A DNA stretch of 64,000 nt from an uncultured Gemmatimonadaceae bacterium (GTDB taxonomy: Bacteria > Gemmatimonadota > Gemmatimonadetes > Gemmatimonadales > Gemmatimonadaceae): contig CAWHHI010000006.1 of NCBI GenBank assembly GCA_963829055.1, forward strand, positions 480,001-544,000, given 5' to 3'. A program made the position numbers and the translations under genes. Below are positions 55,408-64,000 of this stretch, piece after piece; the first letter of the stretch is position 1; the number at the start of each line of letters is the position of its first letter. The notes below the pieces were generated by a model, which had not been told where the DNA came from, ran no database searches, and saw nothing but the letters and a program-made list of their open reading frames with translations.

Positions 55408-56585
55408 ATGCCATCACCCGTGTTCCACGACCGCCCCGTTTTCCCCCGCGGCTTCCGCTGTGCCAGTCGCAACGTCGGCCTCAAGCCGACGGCGAAGGAC
55501 CTCGCCCTGTTCGCCAGCGACGTCGATGCCGCCGCCGCCGCCATCTTCACGCGCAACCACTTCCCGGGCGCCCCCGTCATCGTCGGTCGTGAGATCATTC
55601 GGAGCGGTCAGCTGCGCGGCATCGTGGTGAACAGCAAGGTGAGTAACGTCGCCACCGGGAAGACGGGCATCGAGAACGTGCGACGCATGGCCGCCGCCGC
55701 GGCCGCAGAGCTCGGGACACGTCGCCCGAGCGGGTGCTCGTCAGCTCCACCGGCGTGATCGGCGTTCCGCTCCCCATCGACATCATCGAGCGCGGAATCA
55801 AAGGCATCGGCGGCGATCTTCAGGACAATCCGCTCGTCGGCGCCGAAGGGATCATGACGACGGACCGCCATCCGAAGGCGCTGTCGACGAGCGTCGGCGA
55901 CGCGACGATCACGTGGGTCGCGAAGGGCTCGGGGATGATCGAGCCGAACATGGCCACGATGCTCGTCTACATCTTCACCGACGCTGCGTTCGACGCCATC
56001 ACGCTCGACCGCATGCTGCGGGCGGCGGCCGAGGTGTCGTTCAACATGCTGTCGGTGGATACGGACACGAGCACGTCGGACACGTGCGCCATTCTCGCGA
56101 ACGGACTCGCGGGCCGCGTCGACGAGACGGCGTTCGTCGAGGCGCTCATCGCCGGCTGCACGCGGATGACGGAAATCCTCGCGCGCGATGGCGAGGGCGC
56201 GATGCGCATGATCCGCGCGAACGTACGCGGTGCGCTCAACAACTACGAGGCGAAGCGCGTCGCGAAGTCGCTCGTGAACTCGCCGCTCGTGAAGACGATG
56301 GTCGCGGGCGCCGACCCTAACGTGGGGCGTCTGCTGATGGCGGTCGGCAAGTGCTTCGACTGCACGATCACGCCGGCGAACACGGACGCGTGGATCAACG
56401 GGCATCCGGTGGTCGTCGGTGGCCAGCGCCTCGACTTCGAGGACGCGCTGGTCCGCGCGACGCTGTCCGGCGACGTGGTCGACCTGGAGGTCTCGCTCGG
56501 TGTCGGGAACGGTGAGGCGCGCGCGTTCGGCTGCGACCTCACGGCGGGCTACGTCGAGGAGAACGCGGCGTACTACTCCAGCTGA
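55408..56585 (+). CDS. argJ: Ornithine acetyltransferase / N-acetylglutamate synthase ArgJ (frameshift near 55720)
   Basis: SSTGVIG, IMTTD, KGSGMIEPNMATML, DTDTSTSD, DGEGA, GCDLT. Confidence 0.93.
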
Positions 56586-56603
56586 TCCTCCAGTCGCGCG
56601 GCG

Positions 56604-57044
56604 CTAGGCGACGTTAGGCATCGTCTCGCGGACGCTGCTCGCCCAGGCGCGTACACGGGCGATGTGGCCGGCGGCGTCCGATGTCTCGTCAGGCGGTGTG
56701 GCGGCGTCCACCACCGTCATCGGCCAGACGCGCGGCCAGCCTTCGGGTGGTTCAGCGCCGCGTTCCCTCACGCGGATGCCGCCCGTGAAATGCGCCCGCG
56801 CACGCTCCAGAAAATTCGCCGGCGTCGAGATGCCGTCCAGCGATTCGGCGACGATGATCTGCCACATGCGAATGGCGTCGCGCGAGTATCCGCGCGGGTG
56901 CTGGAGCGAGTAGACGGCGACCGTCAGGTGATGCACAGCGCCGAACGCTTCCGGCAACGCATACTCGTGGGCGAGCAGCTGGTCGAACATCCCGCGGCAC
57001 GTCTCGCCCTCGGCGACGGGCGCCCCACAATCAGCGCAGATCAT
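56604..57044 (-). CDS. DUF5946-like hypothetical protein
   Basis: CADCGA, HHLTVAVYSLQHP, WPMTVVD, VRAWA. Confidence 0.65.
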   Translation of the reverse strand: MICADCGAPVAEGETCRGMFDQLLAHEYALPEAFGAVHHLTVAVYSLQHPRGYSRDAIRMWQIIVAESLDGISTPANFLERARAHFTGGIRVRERGAEPPEGWPRVWPMTVVDAATPPDETSDAAGHIARVRAWASSVRETMPNVA

Positions 57045-57049
57045 TCGAC

Positions 57050-57822
57050 TCACATACGCAGCAGCAGACTGCAGCACGTGACCCCACCCTCGGCTTTCGC
57101 CAGCTCGCCAGCCGGCACGGGGCGCACGTCGAATCCCGCCGCCGTGAGCCGCGCCGCCGTGCGCACGTGCTCCGCCGGATAGATGATCGAGTCCGCGACG
57201 CGCAGCGCGTTTGCCGCGAATGGCTCCGCGGGATCGATCTCGATGATGCGCATCGAGCTGAAGCGCCCGGCGTCTACCCAGGCGGGATTGATCAGCACCG
57301 TATCGTCGGCGATGGTGGACACCGCCGACTTGAGGTGAAGGCAGCCCTGGAATGCCATTGCCTCCGCTGTGTATCCCTGCGACCCGACGATCGACCGCAG
57401 CTGCTTCACGCCCGCCTCGTTGCTGCGATAGCCGACGCCGACGAGCAGCTCTCGTCCCATTCTCAGAATGTCTCCGCCGTCGAGCGTACCCGGCGCGAGA
57501 ATGGCGGCAACGGGACGATAGCCGCGCAGCGCCTCCGCAACGCCGGCCGTTTCTGCTCGCCGAGATTCAGCGCCGGGCCGCGTGATGACGGCGAGCTCGT
57601 CGAGCACGAGGGCGGCATCCTCGATGAAGACCGAGTCCGCCAACTCCGGTCCGGCGGGCAGGCGCTGCACCTCGCACCCGAGATCGCGGAGCGTAGCCTC
57701 GTATGCCTCGTGCTCCGACCGCGCACGTGCGAGGTCGATGGTCGTTCGTTCCAGGTGCGTGAGCTCGCAGTGCTCGATGGCCGGCGAGATGTCACGCGTG
57801 AGCGCCAGAAGGCGGGGTGCAT
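57050..57822 (-). CDS. ddaH: Dimethylarginine dimethylaminohydrolase (5' frameshift)
   Basis: CELTH, DSVFIEDAA, TRPGAESRRAE, LDGGD, LHLKS, KAEGGVTCCS. Confidence 0.88.
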
Positions 57823-57873
57823 GTTCGCGTCATTCTGGGAAGCGTGCACCCTCGCCAGCTCGGACGCTAGGGA

Positions 57874-59326
57874 CTACTTGACGGTCGCCTTCTCCAGCTT
57901 CGTCGTCGGCCCGTCGCGCGTCGTCAGATACACCACGCCGCCCGCCCCAAAGCCTGTGATCGTCCGGCCCACTGGAATCTGTACGCGCTCGACCAGCTCG
58001 CCTTTGCGATTGATGACGTCGTACACCGGTCCGCCCGCGATCGCCTTCGTCGGGATCGTGCGGACCCACACGTTGCCCTCGGTGTCCGCGCGAACGAAGC
58101 CGTTCAGGAACACCGGCTTGTAATCCGGCAGCTCACTCGGCGCCACGAACGTCGGTGCTGGCGCCGTCATGTTGAATCCGCCTGCCGGACCGGCTCCGTC
58201 ACGACGCGGAGCGCCATCGCCGCCCGGAGGACCGCCGAACACCATGACGCGCATGCCTTCCACCGGGGGGTTCGCCGCCGGCGGAGCACCCGCTGCATTG
58301 CCGGCTGCGGGAGCGCCGCCACCGCCCGGCGTCACCGGACGCGGCGCGTTCGCGCCCATGCGCTCACGCGCCGCCTTCACCGAGTCGATGAACGCGACCT
58401 TGTCCTCGTCCGTCAGCCGCTGCCACTCGAACGGAATCTTCGGCGCCGACGCTCGCGACCCGTCGGCGTTGATCCAGTCGATGTGATAGTCGCGCCCGCG
58501 CACGATCGCGACGGAGCCGTCCGACAGCGCCGCCCACTCGTCCACGACCGGCAGCGGGTTGATCTCCGAGGTCATCATCACGCGACCGTTGTCGGCCTGG
58601 TCACGTTCATCTTGACCTTCTGGGTCTTGATGAAGGCGAGCGTGTCGACCTTCCGCGTGGCGAGGTCGATGCGGAAGATGCCCGCGGAGTCGGGAATCTC
58701 GGGCATGCGCGGGGCGCCGCCCGCCGCGCCGGGCCCTCCGAATGCTCGCATGTCGAGACGCGGCGACGAGCGGTAGACGAGCCGACCCTGCGGATCCACT
58801 ACCGCGACGCCTAACACGCCAGCGAACGACATGGCGTCCTGCGAGCTGGGCACCGACATCACGCGACTCACCTTGCCCGCGGGGTCGAGCACGAGCATCG
58901 ACAGCGACTGCGGATCGACGAACAGCGTCGAATCGCCCTTGTAGGCGACGAGTCCGGCAAAGCGTCCACCGTAGGCGTTGGCCGTAGCGCTCGTGCTGTC
59001 CGCGACGACGGTGAAGTTCTCGAGCTTCGCGTCGAACAGCATCACGCGCCGGCCAGAACGGGTCGTTCACGAGCACTCGGCCATCGGAGAGCGGGCGGAT
59101 GTTCGAGACGGTGCCAAGCTTCTCCTTCGCCGTGGCCGTCACGGCGCCGAGCTGCCGGATGGGCGGAAGCTCCGGCCCTTTGGCCTGTGCGCCGCGCGAC
59201 GCTCGACTCCGAGCAGCAGGAACGACAACGACTTCACGTGGCTCTCGAGTCTCATTGCAATTACCGCAGAGGGTGAAAAGAAGCACCAGTAGCGCGACGA
59301 CGCGCTGCCTGACGAAATCGTGTCAT
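57874..59326 (-). CDS. Secreted beta-propeller-like hypothetical protein (frameshifted; start approximate)
   Basis: LSDGRVLVND, DEWAALSDGSVAIVRG, ADTEGNVWV, YDVINRKGELVERV. Confidence 0.7.
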
Positions 59327-59366
59327 TCCGAGCGAAGGCCTCGAAGGGCCGCAGTCGAGGAATGAC
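59322..59366. repeat. Miniature family A palindromic repeat
   Basis: GTCATTCCGAGCGAAGGCC...GTCGAGGAATGAC. Confidence 0.8.
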
Positions 59367-62300
59367 ACCTTGACGAACGATCACCTGCGCGCCACCGCCG
59401 CCAGCACCGATGAACACGTTGCCGCCCCCGCCGACGGGCGCGCCGCCGCCCGGGAACATCCCGCCCACGAACGTTGCCGTCCCCGATCGAATCGACGCCA
59501 GGTAGCGCGGCTCCAGGTAGCTCGCCACGAACGGCGGCAGCTTCCGCCGTTGCTCCGGCGTGAGCAGTCCTTTGACCTGCGGCCCGATCTTCGTCAGCAG
59601 ATCGATCGTCGCATGACGCGCGTTCATGTACCGGTCGTAGGCCGTGCCTTCATCATAGCGATCGGGCAGCGTGCCGAGGTACTTGGCGACCGGCGCCCAG
59701 ATCGAATCGTTGCGGATGCGTGTACCAGCGGTTGAGCGCCGCGATGCTGTCGGCCTGCTTCGCCGTGAGGTGCAGGCTGTCCTGCTGGCGGAGAATCGTC
59801 GCGAGCGGATTCTGCAGGCCACCGCCACTGACCGTAGATCGACGCGAAGCATTGGCTCCGGCAGCTTCTGGCCCGGCAGCGTGCGACCGCGATTGAGCTG
59901 CTGCGTGAGCGACTGCCGCTCGCGCGTCGGACCGACGTCGAAGCGGAGCAGAGCGGTCAGCGTCACCGGCGCGCGGAACGCGCTGAACTGCGGGTTCGTC
60001 GCGCCGAAGCGCTGGTTGACTTCGTACCTGTAGCGCTGCGTCGCCGGGTCGAAGCCGCGCACGTACAGCAGCGACGGATCCGGCGTCGCGGACTGGCCCC
60101 AGCCCTTCAGGTTGTTGTCGTCGTGCACGAGCATGTCCGCGGCGCCGAGCGGATTCGAGAGCTGGAACTGAATCGACGCCCGCTGCGGCATCCGGATCTT
60201 CGCCGGGTTGAACGAGATCGACAGGCTCGCGTTCGATGTCCACGGGCCCTGACAGCTGTTCCGCTTCGCGAGCTGACCGAGCTGCTTCGCGAGACAGTCG
60301 CGCGCCGCGCTCGAGCCCGTTGGTGAGCAGCTGCTGCATCGCGCTCGTGACGGCCGGGTCGGCGCTGCGTCAGCTTCGGGATCGAAGATGAACGCGCGGT
60401 CGTTCGAGTAGCCGTCGCCGTTCACGTCGCCCGAGATGACAGGCGTGAACGGCTGGCCGGAGCGGAACTGCCCGAACCAGCTCACGCGCACCGCGTCCCA
60501 GAAGTTGTAGCCGATGCTGTACACGATCTGGTGGCGCGAGTCGAACGAGGCGCGCCCCCACTCGACGTCGAGCGGATTGCCGACCGTGCTCGTGAACCCG
60601 CGGACGCGCTCGCGCACGTTGGAGTACACGTACGACGCGCTCCACGTGAGACGCGTGCTGTACTGCCCCGGCGACAGACGGAACGAGAGCTGCCGGCTCT
60701 CCGAGCGAAGGTCCGAGCGCTGCTCGGTGACGCGAGAGAAGAGCGGCGACACGCGCCCATCGCGCGAGCGCGATCGACGCCCGTCGTCGGCACGATGCTC
60801 GTTCGGCTGCACGAACACCGGCCGGTCGGCCTCGTTGCCTAGCGCGAATCGCTGCGACGGGATTGAAGTTCAGGTCGACGAAGCTGCCCTGGTTCAGGTT
60901 GAGCGAGTACGTCCCGTCCACGTTGAGCGAGAACAGGTTGTTCAGGATCGGGCCGTCCCACTGCAGGTTCGAGCGCAGGCTCCGCGGCGCGACGTAGTTG
61001 TTCGCGAACAGCGACACGTTAGGCGCCGCGTCCGAGAACACGCGTGCCCGTCGTGCCGTCGGCGCAGCGGTCGGGAATGGCGCTGCCGTCCGACTGGTAG
61101 GCAGCTCCAGTCGGCGATCGGCGTGGCCAGCACCCGTACACGTCAGCTGCTGAATGCCGCTCGGCAACCCGGTGTTGTCGAGCGCACCGCCGATCTGGTT
61201 CACACCCGGCGTATTCTGGAACAGGCCAATGCCACCGCGCACGACGGCACGCGGGCCGCGGGCCGCGCCCTGGAATCCGGCGATCGCCGCAGCCTGACCG
61301 TAGCTCCACGAGAAGCCGACGCGCGGGCTCAGGTACACCGCGTTGGGCACGTGATCGTTGCTGACGCCGAACACCGTCTCGACCTGCGGATTGACGTCAG
61401 GCTGCATCGAGAAACCGGTTGGCGTCCAGGCGCAGGCCGTACTGCAGCTGGAAGCTGCTGCTCTTCCGCCACGAGTCGCCGAGCGACAGGCCCGCCACGA
61501 GCTGGCCGACATCGCGCTCGCGCCGCGTGAGCTGCCGCGTGAACTGCGCCGGACGCCCGGCCGCGAGATCGGCGAGCGAGTTGAACGTGAACGTGCCGAG
61601 CAGGTTCGAGGTCTGGTCCTGCGACAGTCCGTCGTAGCGCAGCTCGCTCGTGAGCTTGAGGCGGTGCTTGTTGTTCGTGCTGAACCACGAGAGCTGGTTC
61701 GTGCTTGTGCGCCCCTCGTCGTCGACGTGCTGTTCAGCGTCTGACTGCCGCCGAACGACAGCATCTGCACGCTGCTCGTGCCGTCGTCGAACACGGAGTT
61801 GACGCGCACGCGACCACCAGGCAGCGACAGGTACGGGTCGGCATAGTTGCGCGACCAGCTCACGCCTAACGACGTCTCGCTGAGGATGCCCACGCCGAAG
61901 TAGGTCGTGTGACGTCCCTGCAGACCGCCGCGCCAGCTCGTGCGCTCGCCGTCACTCGCCGGCACCGACGTGACGGCGCCGAAGACGGGGCGCTGCTTGT
62001 TCCACCCGCCGTTGAACGAGAGGTTGTACGCGCTCCCGCGGGTCGAGGCCGGCGGCGCGAAGTCGACGCTCCCGAACACCGTGCCCTGGTCGCTCAACTT
62101 GTTGCTGGCGACGGCGGCCGACGGACGACGGCACCGACTGGTCTCCCGAGGATCCCGAGGAATCGAGTCACGGAATCCGACGACACACCAGCGGCCTTGC
62201 AGTCCGATCGGATCGGTGTCGAGCAGGTTCTGGTAGTCGTTCGCGCGACGCCCGAGCTGCCACGACATGTTGTAGAACGTCTTGTCGAACGAGATCGGCC

Positions 62301-63147
62301 CCGACAACGCCCCGCCCAGCGACGCGTTCGTGTACTCCTGTCCGAGCGCGCGCGCGACCGGGTCGGTCCACTGCGTCTTCGGCGTGTCGAGATTCAGGCT
62401 CATGCCGCGCGTGATGAAGTTCGAGCCGGGCCGCGTGCGCAACGAGAACTGCGCGCCGCTGAAGCCGCCGCGCGAGACGTCGTAGGGCGTCGTCACGAGC
62501 GAGCTCGAGACCGCGGCGTCCCGGGTAAGCCCGAACCCGCCGAAGTTCATCCCGTTGAGCGTGGTGTTGTTCTGGTCCGCGCCAAGGCCAAGTACAGAGA
62601 AGCCATTGGGATCGCCGTCGGCGCCGGGCACCGTCTGCACGCCGGGCAGCGTCGCGGCCATCGCCGCGAGGTCGCCCATGAGATTCGCCGGAACGTCGGC
62701 CGTGGGGATCGGCCGCTCGGTACCGCTGATGTCGGGTGCGGGGTCGGTCCGCGCCACCTTGTCGCGCGGAGCCCTGATGTCCATCTGGCCGAGCACGGCG
62801 TCGACCTTCGTCAGCTTGGCGTCGGCGACGAGGATCTCCTCATCGGCCATCCGCTTGACCTCGAAGCGTTTGGCTGCGTAGCCGATCGCCGCGAACGCCA
62901 CCATGTAGTCGCCGTCGCCGGCGGGGAACGTCACGGTGAAGCGGCCGTCGCGATTCGTTCGTGCGGTCCGGCTGACGTTGCCGGAGAAGGACGTCACGGT
63001 CACGAGTACTTCGGGGACTGGCAGGCTGTCCGGCCCGATCACGCGACCGCGGATGACGTCGGCTTGCTGCGCAAATGCGCGATGGGGCGCGAAGCGAGAT
63101 GCCCGCGAGCAATACGGCCGCGAGCAGTATCAGAAGACGAAGGTCAC
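59367..63147 (-). CDS. Oar/TonB-dependent receptor-like protein with carboxypeptidase regulatory-like N-terminal domain (many frameshifts; ends approximate)
   Basis: IRGRV, TNRDGRF, QNNTTLNG, YDVSRGGFSGA, SPRVGFSW, GDVNGDGYSNDRAF. Confidence 0.8.
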
Positions 63148-63467
63148 GGAAATCCCTTCGACCTTCGGAGGAGGGAAGTGGCTGGATGCCGCGTTGCGCG
63201 GGTCAGCGGGAGGTTGGACTCCCGCGGGCGCGAATGGGTTTACTACAGGCGTCAGTTTGCCGGCCGAATGGCGACTCAGCGCACCGCGCGCTCGCAGTCA
63301 TCGAGAGCGTCACCAGCATCTGGTGCGTCTACGTACACGTCCCCCATCTTGGTGGCTACCTCGCCAGCCAATGTCCAACCGTGCATACAACACTACTGCC
63401 GCGTCCAGGATCCTGCATGCCGTGGCATGCCATGCTGGATCCCGAAGCGCGTACCATACACACCACA

Positions 63468-64000
63468 ATGATCCGACGTCACCTGCGTCACCTAACGACC
63501 CTCGCGCTGTCGCTCTCGTTCGCCGTCGTCGTAAGCCCGGCCGCGGGCGCGCAGCTTCCGCGTGTTGGCATCATCGACTTCTACGGACTGCACAAGACCA
63601 CCCCGGCGCAGATCCGCGAGGCGCTCGGCATCGCCGTCGGGGACTCGATCACGGCGCTCGGGCTGTTCCAGGTGCCCGCCCGGCTCGCCGATATCCCGGG
63701 AGTCGCGTCGGCCGCGATCGACCCCGTCTGCTGTGAAGATGGTAAGACGATGCTGTACGTCGGCATCGCCGAAGAAGGAGCGCCGACGCTCGAGCTCCGC
63801 GCAGCCCCTACCGGCGCAAGCCGCCTGACGCCGGACGTGATGCAGGCCGGAGACGCGCTCGCCGATGCGCAGATGCGCGCCGCGAGGCGTGGCTTCGTGA
63901 AGGAGGACTGTCTCAGAGGGCCACTCGCTCATGGCCGATTCGGCCGCCCGCACGATCCAGCTGAGCTTCATACCCTTGGCGGAGAAGCATCTCGACACCC
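63468..64000 (+). CDS. Secreted hypothetical protein (partial, runs off window)
   Basis: Frame from ATG 63468: signal peptide, then VGIIDFYGLHKT...REALG...VCCEDGKTMLYVGI. Confidence 0.65.
   Translation, partial: MIRRHLRHLTTLALSLSFAVVVSPAAGAQLPRVGIIDFYGLHKTTPAQIREALGIAVGDSITALGLFQVPARLADIPGVASAAIDPVCCEDGKTMLYVGIAEEGAPTLELRAAPTGASRLTPDVMQAGDALADAQMRAARRGFVKEDCLRGPLAHGRFGRPHDPAELHTLGGEASRH

Noticed and set aside
55408..57822. argJ and DDAH as one arginine operon
   Set aside because: They are convergent, not co-transcribed; proximity alone is weak evidence.
2037..59366. Repeats as a CRISPR array or integron attC sites
   Set aside because: Dispersed rather than regularly spaced, no cas or integrase gene, flank core genes in both orientations, and lack attC RYYYAAC/GTTRRRY ends.
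1..63147. Frameshifts in about 20 genes as mass pseudogenisation or programmed frameshifting
   Set aside because: They hit housekeeping genes (prfC, ftsH, argJ), are single-base, cluster in patches and come without evident substitution decay; long-read indel error is the simpler explanation.
529..63471. Long antisense and alternate-frame ORFs (e.g. 2083-3570, 15546-17192, 20930-22378, 61909-63471)
   Set aside because: Arg/Ala-rich shadow ORFs expected opposite real genes in high-GC DNA.
567..63497. GTTAGGC/GCCTAAC as attC core sites or telomere-like repeats
   Set aside because: They match GTTRRRY but are mostly isolated, intragenic and not tandem; only one spaced inverted pair (27477 and 27535) was seen, without clear L boxes.

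Overview
GC-rich (roughly 68% by eye) bacterial chromosomal window. The gene repertoire (ADOP permease, Oar-like receptor, PD40 amidohydrolase, many secreted beta-propellers) suggests Gemmatimonadota; this is an inference. About 50 protein-coding genes or remnants are recognisable, including ggt, prfC, ATP-dependent DNA ligase, ftsH, a P-type ATPase, a NirK-like copper nitrite reductase, cls, a multicopper oxidase, clpP, MATE and MFS transporters, tspO, a KdpDE-like two-component pair, rsmD, argJ and DDAH. Many conserved genes are split by single-base frameshifts, most likely long-read indel errors, so coordinates of split genes are approximate. I saw no rRNA, tRNA, CRISPR array, integrase or transposase. 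Main observations: (1) the non-palindromic motif (G)CCTAACG/CGTTAGG(C) occurs about 56 times by hand count, on both strands and mostly inside genes; (2) a three-gene operon of a DUF4956-like membrane protein, a beta-propeller lipoprotein and an Omp85 barrel whose passenger carries atypical-kinase motifs; (3) fourteen copies of two nested-palindrome intergenic repeat families (GTCATTCCGAG/GTCATCCCGAG); (4) an operon of an unknown protein, a MerR-like HTH and ClpP behind a promoter with an 11-bp-period direct repeat.
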